NCBI GenBank assembly: GCA_965645245.1
Contig: OZ287076.1
Coordinates: 1-64,000, forward strand
Direction of reading: 5' to 3'
Origin: Massalongia carnosa
Lineage: Eukaryota
DNA: 64,000 nucleotides
A model generated the notes under the pieces. It was not told the origin of the DNA. It did not search any database and saw only the letters and a list, made by a program, of their open reading frames with translations. Of the stretch, positions 38,001 to 48,810 are shown piece after piece. How positions within the stretch are numbered: position 1 is the stretch's first letter; each line of letters starts with the position of its first letter. A program made the translations under genes and the position numbers.

Positions 38001-39426
38001 TGAAGCCTTTCGACAGGTTCTCATCAAGGTAGCGTCGGAGTTCTTCGATTTCGGTTCGACTCATGCCATAAAGAGCTTGATTCGGGATTGGAGAGCCTTC
38101 TTTTAGCTTTATGGCATGGTCGTAGGGTCGGTGTTCGGGCAGGACGTCCGATTCTTTTTTGGAGAAGACATCCAGAAAGTCGTGATACTGTTTGGGTAGA
38201 AGGGGGGCTGGGTCGACGTTCTTTCGCTCACGATAAGCGTTCAGTTCTTCGGCGGTCACTGATGATTGCAGTGTCAAGGGTTGAGGTTCGGGTTTGGTCA
38301 CTGAACATAACTGTGTCAGAGCCTGGTTCATACGGAACAGGGCTAAGTGATATTTCTTTTCACTAGGGCTGGACCGGGGGTTGGGTTGGTAGGTTGGTTT
38401 CGAGTGTGCCCAGTCAGTCTCTTGACGAAGGCGAGATTCGGGTTTGGGTTCAGGCTTAGGTTCAGGTTGAGTCAGGCCGAGAAAGTGATCGATTTCTTTC
38501 AAGGAGAGAGCAAACATCTCGTGACTCTTTTTTCGTCCGAGATAGTTGAAGTTGAGGGCGCCGATTTCACAGACGTCCAAAACAGGAGGATTGCGATTCT
38601 GCTGGGCAGCATGTCGCTGAGTGGAGGTGCGATACGAAGAGGGACTTCGATATCGGATTTTAGGTGAGTCGCCCTGTTCAATCGCTTTTTCGATACGACT
38701 GATGTCCTGATTTTCGAGAGAAGTTGTCTTACCATCGCGCGGCGTGGTTTTATCGGACAGGACAGGTTTTTCGGACAGGATTTGACTATTGGACGAGTAG
38801 TTTTCCGATTCCCATACTTCCTGACTTTCCGCAGGAGATAGGAATTTCTCGCCCGTGTAGGCCTTCACCTTGACTGGATGAGGGCTACAATGAGCCAGGC
38901 AGAAAGAGGAAGACAGGGAGAGAGAGTTGGACTCGAAATCAGCGAGAGCTTGATGTCGTCGCAACCACGGGTGTCCCAGGACGATGGGGTAGGTTTTCAG
39001 TCCTGTTACGAAAAGGAATAATCTTTCTACATGTCCGTTTAAGTCCATGATTACCTCGGCCACATGAGTGATATTTCCAGTCAGAGCCGGCTGACCGTCG
39101 AAGCCTTCAAGGCGTCGGGCGTATTTGAGGGGATGAAGGGGGATTTGGTGAGTTTGCGCAAACTTCTTGTCAATGAATGCATAGCCAGATGCACCACAAT
39201 CAATCAGATTGAGAGCTTGAATTCGAGATCTACCTAAACGTAAGATACATGATACCACTAGGTGGCTATCTCGAAACGCTTCTTCGGTTTCAAACAGCTC
39301 CAAAGCGGAGGCTGCGGAAAAACGAGTGTTTGATTGAAGGGGGGGAGAAAACGAGTTGGCTAACAGACAAGAAGAAATTAAAATAGGGCTCTGCGCGCGA
39401 CGATGCGCAGAGTCTAGACGTTTCCC
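35035..39426 (-). pseudogene. Chromovirus pol (protease, RT, RNase H, integrase, chromodomain), one nonsense codon at 36187
   Basis: [35 protein letters not shown] zinc finger, MDYV..ISDRG..GQTER, GPY module, chromodomain EWYVNSILNSK..KYFVNWEGH.PTWEP. Confidence 0.95.
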
Positions 39427-40607
39427 GAGTCGTCAGTCTCGGGAGTGAGGGTCGAGACGACTTCCATGTTGCGAAGGCGTTTGGTAGGCTTATTTGGACA
39501 GTCGGAGGCCGACCCGAGGTGTTGCAATTTGCAATAGAAGCACAGGTTCCAATTCTCGCAGATCTTCCTTACTCCCTCGGTTTTCAACGACTGACCTTTG
39601 ACAGCCGCCATGGCCTGACTTAGGTCCATGGGGTCTCCAGCTGGGGGGAAGGCGGGGGTTGGGATCAATGGGGTGACCGTGCCCGTGACGACAGTGCGGG
39701 GGAAAGGGGCAGCAGGAAGGTTGGTGCCGTTTCTTCGATTGGCGGGAGTTGATGTGGCCGGAGTCGTGGCCTTGGGTGCCAGATGACGGATCTGACGGAT
39801 TTTCCGGTCCGTGCTTAACCACATTGCGACGTGCTCGTCGAAGGTGATTGGCTCCAGATTGGTGCCGGGGACTCGGTAGTGGACGGCCGCGGTTTGAACG
39901 GAGTAGTTGATGTTTGCCTTCATGGCATCAATCAACGAAGCGTCTTCCATTCTGGATCGGTCTTTTTTCTGAGAGAAGAGAGTGTTGTACTCTTCGAAAC
40001 TCAGAGAGCCCTGCTTGAGGGTTTCTCGAAGGTACTTACGGGCATCCTCTTGTTCGAAGGGGTTGCCGCAGGCTAGGCGAAGAGCAGAACGCCATTCGGA
40101 GAAGGTGGTGAGTCTACAAATGCCATCCACTCAATACGCATTCATAAGGGTGTGAGCTCGTTTCCCGATGGTGAGCCGATTCTCCGCGTATGCAATCTTG
40201 GAGGCATCGGTGGAGTATCGATCATGATTAACGTGCATCCGTTGAATCAGGCTCTGTTCCCAGGAGTCCAACTTGGCTTCGTCTCCATCGTACTCGGAGA
40301 TGTCGGGAAGTTTTTCGGAACGAAGATCGGTTTTGGACTCGGAATTCCGGGTCAAAAGGAGCTACAGGAGGGCAGCTATCTGAGGGTCCATTGCTGGAAC
40401 GGACGAGGGAGACGAGGTTGATGCTGGAGTGGGTATAGGGGGGTCGGGAGCTGGGGCGGCCTGCAACCGGGCCACCTCGTCTTGAAGTCGTCGTATTTCC
40501 GCGACGAATGCTTCAGGATTGGTTTGGAACTGGTTTTGAAACAACTTCACGTTCTCGTCGATGAGAGGATTTTGGGGGACGGTCATCTCTTCTGAAGACG
40601 AAGACAT
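39414..40607 (-). pseudogene. Chromovirus gag, two in-frame stops
   Basis: Three same-frame fragments (40362-40607, 40131-40355, 39414-40130) with GDPMDL and the knuckle LCFYCKLQHLGSASDC. Confidence 0.9.
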
Positions 40608-43600
40608 GATGGTGGAATATGAGGGGGGACAGGGGCTAGTGCTATGAAAGGCACCTTTCGATGTGGGTCCGACGTAATGTCAAGGACTGGGCAGGGGATT
40701 CAACTAATGTTCCTAGGAATTGGATTGGGTGATCAAGATGTCTTTATTAATAAGGCTATAGCTAGGTGATGGATTGCTATACAAGACGTCGGACAAGGAG
40801 TCAACTATCTAATTAACTTGTCCTTCCTTTTATATTTGTCTCGAACCCCTTTGCATGAAGATTCGATCAGTGTTCATCTCCCCCTATTAGGAGACGTACG
40901 GCACGAAGGTTTGACAAGGTGTTTGACGATAAAAGGTGGAGATGAGGTTCTCCTGTCGTTGGTACGCTTTGATGGTGATGGTACAGCTTTGACCTGAAGC
41001 CGTTGAGAGGGGTCTAAACTCGATTTAGTTAATGAGATTCTGATTAAGCTGAATAGAGGAACGGGAGCTTAGTCAGATTCATCTGCGGGATTGATTCTGG
41101 ATCGGGTTGGTTCGATTTCATGACACGTGTTGATCATCAAAAACATCAAACTCCCTATCCGTTCTTGATATTCTAATTGGTTTGTCCTAGGTTCGTTGAC
41201 GATGGCAGGACTGCATGCATCATAGTTGATCATAGGGGTAAGGACTGAATTTGCTTTATCCATCTTATATTTCTGCAGGAAGCTGCGAATGTAAGATGAT
41301 TGGTCAATCATTATTTTGTCTTTCTCGCGACGTATGCGAATCCCTAAGATGAACTTTGCTGGCCCTAAGTCTTTCATATTATATTCCTTTATTAGTAGAC
41401 TTTTGAGCTCCTTTATGGCTGTCATGCTTTTGGAAAATATCAGAAAATCATCAAAATAAAGGCTAATGATAACGTGGGTAGTGTGATTAACGAACACACA
41501 ATTGTCTCCTGAGAGCGCTTTGAAACCAATGGATGTTAGATAATTGGTTATCTTTTTATTCCATCCTCGGCCAGATTGTTTGAGACAATAGAGTCCTTTC
41601 AGAACGCGCAACACATGGTTCGTCAGATGTGGGGGAAGCACCAAGCCTTGGGGAGGCTCCATATAGATTTCGTCATCTAGGGAGCTTTGCAAGTATGCGT
41701 TTGGTGCGTCCATTTGCTCAATATGGAAGTTATATTTACATGCGAAATATAGGAGCATTCGTAAGGATTCATACCTTAGGGTGGGTGAAAACGTGTCCCA
41801 ATAGTCTGTCCCGGGGATTTGTTTGAAGCCCCTTGCTACTAATCGTGCTTTATAGCGGTCAACATGGTTAGTAGGGGTGTATTTCACTTTGAAGACCCAT
41901 CTAGCGGTGATGATGTTCTTATCTGCTGGTCTTTCAACATATTTCCATGTATTATTGGCGGCGAGAGCATTTAATTCGTCTTGAATAGCAATTTTCCATT
42001 TGCGATGGTCAGTGCATTGCATGGCCTGATTATATGACTGCGGCTCGTACACTTTGGATGGTTGTTTTGCTATATTTGCCCGGTCCCGGTCCTTTTTGTT
42101 TCCATAAGAGTTATCGAATTCGTATCGGTTATACACATCTTTCCTGCGGTTGGAACGTCTGGTAGGTGATGAAGAAGGGGTCCTATTTGTCTCCTGAGTT
42201 TGGTTGTTTTCGTGCTGGGCACCTGCATCATCTTGGTGCAGATTATCCTGAGCACCTGCATCATCATCCTGATGCTGAATACCATCGCCCTGGTGCTGAT
42301 CACCATTAGTAGGAACTCCCACTTGATCAGTAGTAGGGTGGTTGGTTGGTGGTGACGATTCATTGTCATCGGAAGAGTTATCGTCATTTAGGACGACGGA
42401 CGGGGATGATAGGCCTTTTGTAAGTAAGGATCCCCCCGGTCTTTTTTCATCAAACTTTATTGAAGTCTGAATTTCCACCTTTTTTGTTTCCACATTGTAT
42501 AACCTATATTGATTGCTTGAATGATACCCGGTGAATATTGCCTGATATGACACATTATCTAGTTTGGAGCGTTTTTCCTTTGGGACATGCACAAAAGAGA
42601 CGCATCCGAACGTACGAAGAGTGATGATGTTAGGTCTTAGCCCGGTCCAAGACTCATTAGGCGACGTGGTGTTGGTGGTAGGTAAGAAGTTTCTGAGGTG
42701 GTTTGCTGCTACTGCTGCTTCCCCCCAGAAAGATTGTGGCAATTTGGCCCATACCAACATAGACCTTACCATTTGAACAATGGTTCTATTGAACCTTTCG
42801 GCGAGACCGTTCTGCTGGGGCGTGTATGCGGTGGTTGGCTCCATACGAATTCCTAATGGCTGAAGTTGCTCTGCGAGATATTTATACTCTTTGGCATTAT
42901 CAGCACGAAAGCGAATGATTTTGAGCCCCTTTTCCAACTCGACCATTGCCTTCCAGTCTTTTATGATGCGGTATATGTCTGCCCTACTTTTCATACAGAA
43001 GAGCCAAGATTTTCGGGTATAGTCGTCTATCAAAGAAACGAAATAGGTATGCCCACCTAAACTGGCCTTATTATATGGACCCCAAACGTCAGTATGTATT
43101 CTATCGAGTGTTCTATTTGGCTTCGAGAAAGGAATTTTGCTGATTGTACGGGTCATCTTAGTTAAATTGCAAATCTGGCACGGTAGGTCCAGAATTGCCT
43201 TTGAAAATTTCTTCCCTGTTGCTTGTTGAAGTCGTATATCATTGGGGTGCCCCAATCGTGTGTGCCATAACCAATATTGGGCCTCATTGGTGGCCTCATT
43301 GGTGGTCTCTCTGGGTGCTCCCACTGGATCGCTATCGATGCAGTCAGGGGTAATAGGAGGAGGAGTTTTGGGTTGAATTTCGCCGGAGGAAAGCGAGGTC
43401 AGATTTGTGGTTGATTTAAGGTTTGCCGGTGGTTCGGGGCCATCTAAATCATCATTTTCATCATGGGCTTCGAGGGTCACATGAGATGTGTGGAGGAAGT
43501 ACGCCCGTCCCTTAAGAATTCCGGTAGCGACCAAAGTACCATCCCTGAAAATCTCGACACCTCTCCGGTTAAGTGAAACGTTCAAACCCTTCCGATTAAG

Positions 43601-45547
43601 GACTGCAATTGATAGCAAGTTGACGTCTAGTTCAGGCACGAATAGAACGTCTGTCATCCGGATATTTTTCCCATCGATATTGGTGCAAATCGTACCTACT
43701 CCTACGGAGAAGAGTTTTTCGCCGTTTGCAATTCTAATGGTGGTCCGGTATAGCTTGATTTGGGTGAAGATCGATTTGTTGTATGTCATATGCCTGGAGG
43801 CTCCTGAGTCAATTACCCATCCAGGTGAGTGTTGATCATCTTGCGCCATCCACGCACTATCCTCACTATCACTATTCGATTCATCCTTTGCTGCTCGTGC
43901 TGCCCCCCTTCCTCTCGGTTTGTTTTTGGACTGCTTGTTATCACTCTTTGATTTTCGGTAATTTTCTGGTCTAGGTTTCACCTCATTAGGGTGTTCTTTG
44001 ACCCATTTTTTACCTTCATCTGTGTTGTCCTGCCAGTCCCAGCAATCATTGCTATTATGCCTCTTTGGGCAATGTGAGCATTTGGGGATTGCCTTACCCT
44101 TGTTAATGGCCTTATTGGCCGTCTCGGTCTCTTGCCCATCTTTTAGTCGTTGCTCCACCCGTTTTAGGCTTTCCAGAGTCTTTTCTAATGTGGGATCACC
44201 AAGGTCTTCAAGGATGAACTTCGCGGTGTCATAAGCTGGGTCCTTAATGGCGTTCATGAGGGTCATGGCCACAGACAGATCTGATGGCTGTTCTGAAGTC
44301 TTTATATCTGCGATTTCCATCGCAAGGTTCTGCAATTCATTGGCGACCTCATCGATGGGTTGATCGACTGACATTTCATATGTGTAGAATTTTCTGTGAA
44401 GCACACATATTCTGCTTTTGGCTTTGACTCCATGGACGTTCCTCAATGCTGCCCAAACATCCTTTGCGGTCTCCTTGTTCCTAACAGTGACATATTGAGA
44501 CTTTTATATATTGCCCCTGATCCAGAGCTGTGCCTGAGTGTCATCAGTAAACCATTCCTCATAGTCTTTTGGATGGGTGACAGGGTCTGGAGAAGAAATG
44601 GCCCCGTTTACTATCCTCCACATCCTTTTAGATTTGAGAAGAAGTTGCATGTCATCGGCCCAGGTCAGATAGTTGTTGGACCCAAGCTTCGGCTCTACTT
44701 TATAGTCTCCTTTTCGAATGGCTTTTGAATATGATCCATCAGGGGTTGTGCCCTCTTTCGCGGGAGCTGCGGAATCGCTCTCTTTTCCAGACATGGTCCA
44801 ATAATAGGAAAACTGATGGATGGAACGAAGAGAAGTATGGCTTCGTAACTTTGAAAAACAACAGAATAGATAAATTAATTTATGCGGAAGAAAAAATTTC
44901 TTTCCGGGCTCATAACCTATTGTAATTGAAGCTCTGCTGGCCTAGTAAAAAGCTCACTTTTGAAACGATTGATCTTTCTATCTACCTATCTAAGGACCGT
45001 GTTTATATAGATAGAAAAACATGCCGAAAACCGTTCTCCCTATGACTCACCTTCCTGCTTCCTAGAAATCTAAGATTGGTGATTGACTCATATCCAATTT
45101 ATGACTCGATGGGAATGTTCATAGAAGTTTTGTGGTGCTTCTCGAGGTCGTTATGTGTTGCCTAATGTTCTTACCAACGCACTAATCCCAATGCGGTACC
45201 ATGTGACTCTGAACACTTTATTAGGCATCAGCCGGGTGACTTTGCACATTACAACATGAAGATTCCATTCTTAGCGAACTCAGCGAGGCTCTGGCCTCGC
45301 CCACACCAGAGGAAGATGATCAAACTCTCCTCGATCAACAGCTGTTCAACGACCAGCAAGTACTGGAACAACTATCCCGTCCGAGTAGAGTTACGTACCA
45401 GCCACCCACTCAACCTCGCAATCCTCGACACAACAGGGCTCCGCGTGCTCAAGAGATCTCTGGTGGTGGTAACTTCGTACTTGAACGACGTACTCGCTCC
45501 GGTGCAAGTCCCTCGCAGCCACTTGATCGATAAATTACAGCGCTGAA

Positions 45548-46790
45548 ATGGCTTCTTTCCGGCAGTTTCGAGTTACAAAATCGGGATTGCGTACTACCTT
45601 AAAAGACGAGGTTAGAGAACGTTTAAAATAGGCAGTTAAGGTCTATGAGAAGGCAGAAGGGTCGTTATCTATTACGCAAGCTGCTTGACTTCATGCGGTA
45701 CCGAAAACAACAATGTATCACAGGATAAACAGTCGCCAGGACCAGGTATCGTACGTTACTTCAAAGTGTTAACGCCCGAGGAGGAGGGATCTCTTCAGAG
45801 CTAGGTTAGAGCTACTAGACTCCGCCTTTGACCAAATATCAGCTAAACCTTATACGGACGATGGCACTCTACCTAGCGCTAGTACTCTTATTCAAACGCG
45901 TTATCTTTCAGGCCAAATATCACCAATATCAAGAAACATAGTACAAGTCTCAGAGGTTGAGGAGTTTATATTAATATTTCGCCATCAGACTCTTGATTCA
46001 TCTAAGCTTAATCTTCTACAAAAAACCCTTAAAGCAGCTAGGCTTGCTATGACTGATCGTATTGTCTTGAATCGTACTAATACGGAGCTTCTAGCAGCCA
46101 ACACACGAAAAAAATAACGAGCTCAACGTACGGGCACTCAATACGATGTTCAAGGGGCTCGCGTAATGAGTTTAGAAGATGTGGAGAAAAGAAGACAACT
46201 AGCTGAAAATAAGAAAAAGGAGAAAGAGGCTAGATCACAGGTAAGGAAAGAAAAACAGAACGATCGACTATTTTTTCAGGTATCTAAAGACCTAATACGA
46301 TTTGAACCCGACCTAATATACGTGCTTGATCTTGTAACATCTTGATCTTTACTTAAAAATAAGAAACGAGACGATTCTATCTTTCAAAACGCTTTTCACG
46401 ACCTTATTCAGATTACACCTCATATTTTTAATGAGACAGTTGAGGGTGACCTAGGGTGTAAAAAAACTGCTCGAAATAAAGGAAAAGGTATACCAAGAAA
46501 GAAAAATATCACTAGGTTTGTACAAGGTGATGTGGAAATAGTAGGAGTGGGGGAGAAGTAGGAAGTTTTAGAGGTTCGGGTTAGCTCGCGCGGTCGTGTC
46601 ATCTGTAACACTCGTAAAATGTAGCTCTACAAGCTTATGCTAGCTATATATATTCACTAGAACCTGTTCATCAATGCCCGAGTACATGTGCTAGAAATTT
46701 TGCGGATGCGGCGGTGATAAAAAATTACGAAGGTTATTCAAATTTGTTAGTTTCGAATAAGCGGGTGTTCCGAATAGCGGTGAATTACGT
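45548..46790 (+). mobile_element. Internally deleted Fot1/pogo-like transposon
   Basis: HTH_psq-like start (SITQAA*LHAVPKTTMYHRI..LTPEEE), C-terminal charged region ending SSRGRVICNTRKM, terminus ...GAATTACGT followed by TA at 46791-46792. DDE core missing; many stops. Confidence 0.75.
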
Positions 46791-47659
46791 TAGATCAGTT
46801 CCAGTCTAACCGTATCGGTTACTTAAGACCTTTAGCGGAGTCTTAAGCAACCTAGGCTCGGATAAACTATTATCACTTCGCTTAGTAGAGACTGACCACT
46901 CCGTAGCAACTCTTCATTGTAGGGGGGTGGAGCGGTGATACTCTAAATTCAAATTGCTAGGGTAAAGGTAGCGGGGAAGTCAGGTGACAGTCTTTCTTTT
47001 AGTTTAATTATAGATAGTTCTTTTCCTTTTAGAGCAAGCATGCTCGTAGCAATAGCTACAACACATAGCATCAACACATACAGTTCACAGGCACGAGGCA
47101 TCAGGCACGAGGCGCGAGGCTTACATAGATCAGTCTAGCTATTGTTCTTATTCTATTGTTCTGTTCTTCTCTTGTTTTTTTATTCTCTTGCACTCCTAGC
47201 AGTAGTGGACCACGCACACCACCCAGTTCCTCCTTCCACAATATCAGGGTCATACACATTGTCATTTATTACATAGTAATATAGTCATAGTCATAGGTGC
47301 TTGTGGGACGGCTAAGGCCAGATGTGGATTTCCCATGGAACTTTTACGACTTCGTGCAGCTGCTTCTAAGAATAAGGACTGGGGGAAAATGCTTTGATAA
47401 CGGTCAAATTTGATAAGAAATTAACCATTGAAGAAGGCGAAGTGTTGTATTTAGCTTGAATGGATTTAAACACAGTACAATTTGTTGAGCCTGGTGAGGT
47501 TCGTGAATAGAGATGAACTCTTGATAATATGAATGTCTAGAAGGAAAGCTCTATCTCAGTTACATTATGTGCGGCGAGCTAACCCCCACTAGGCCTAATA
47601 AGGCCATGCTATCCCTTAGGCCCCTGAGGCACCACCTCAGATCATCACTTAGGTTCACA

Positions 47660-48435
47660 CAATTTATGACTACATACCTTTGAGGATTTATCAAATGTCG
47701 TCTATAAATATTCTCGGCGTCGTCATGAAAGTCCCAAAGATTCAGCTGTTACTATTAATGGTGATGCTAATAAAAAGAAGCTTTCATTTCCAATGCCTAT
47801 CGTCGAATACAATCAACATATGGGTGGGTCGGATGGTAATGCACAACAACGATCGTACTAAAATCCTCCTTTCTTCATTTTTCTTTTGAAAGCAGCCATT
47901 TGAACGCCTTCAAGCATTGGCAAATTCTGTACCCTAATTCAGCGTTGAGTCATCGAGATTTTCAACAAGAAATAGTGAAAGCTCTACTTACTAATCAGGC
48001 TGGTGCCCTACGAAAAGGCCCATTAGAAGTCGTGGTAATTTCTAATCGGAATGTCAAGTCGACTCCGTCCCCGTGCGAATGGGAGTATTTGTCTAAAAAG
48101 ACATATTGCCTGTCCTGCAAAAGTCAACTACCTCAGCTCAAGCGACGCCGACCATTAGAGGAAATGAATAAAAACTGCACCAAAAGAAGACGCGCATCTC
48201 AAACCATGTGGCAATGTAAGAGCTGTGGGCCTTGCTGCAAAGGGAGTCGTGTTGGGACATTTTACATAGCCGCTAGATATTTTACCTAGGTAATGATAGC
48301 GATGTACTCATTTTTTACGAAAAGGGAAAATTCAGTAAATCTGATTGGTCGGATTAAAGTTATTAGTCATTACCTGACTGACGGTGCTGTAAAATTCAAT
48401 ATTACCGAAATGGCTGCCATTCTGGCCACGAAGGG
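47660..48435 (+). mobile_element. piggyBac-like transposon 3' remnant
   Basis: PMPIVEYNQHMGGSD motif, NAFKHW..SHRDFQQEIV, C-terminal Cys-rich domain (CLSC..CKSCGPCC). Ends AGGG followed by ATAA (TTAA-like). Confidence 0.75.
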
Positions 48436-48810
48436 ATAAGGGATTGATTGATTGATTGATTGATTGATTCATACACCGATCCAAGGGCCGAAGGCCCTTA
48501 TGCGGGAGTGCTAAACTACATCGGGGGGGTGTCCTAGGGGATGGGTATCTAAGTCTGCCGAGGGCAGAATTGCTGCACTAAGCGCTGAAAGTACAAAAAA
48601 TACAAAAACTCTTGTAGCTGTACAAGGGGGTGCGAATGCAAGGAAGAGGGAAAAGAAGACACGAACAGAGGGACAAACCGCTTGAGACAAATCGATAAAT
48701 AGAACTCCAACGCCACCCTCCTGGGCCCCTGTGCTTAGTGTTGCTACATGCGAGCCCCACCATGGTAGAGACTATTCTGTGAGCGGGATAAAACAAGAGC
48801 CGGCCTGCCG

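Larger units (their letters stand above)
34547..41125 (-). mobile_element. Full-length Ty3/gypsy chromovirus nested in copia-3
   Basis: 448-bp LTRs at 34547-34994 and 40678-41125 (TGTCA...TGACA, 5 differences seen), TSD CGTGT, polypurine tract GAAAGGGGAG just inside the 3' LTR. Confidence 0.98.
33258..45256 (-). mobile_element. Full-length Ty1/copia 'copia-3' carrying two nested insertions
   Basis: 339-bp LTRs at 33258-33596 and 44918-45256 (4 differences seen), TSD TGAAG, primer-binding site 44904-44917, purine-rich tract next to 33597. gag-pol runs from 44794 with one stop at 44504, then is open to the gypsy insertion; RNase H at ~33717-34546. Confidence 0.97.

Noticed and set aside
41069..41125. 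C-terminal tail CHEIEPTRSRINPADESD of the 1125-aa ORF
   Set aside because: Read-through into the inserted gypsy LTR, not copia protein. The ends of ORFs 2211-2918 and 34017-34427 are similar artefacts.
46918..47240. Possible solo LTR starting TGTAGGGG
   Set aside because: No matching TSD or convincing inverted terminus.
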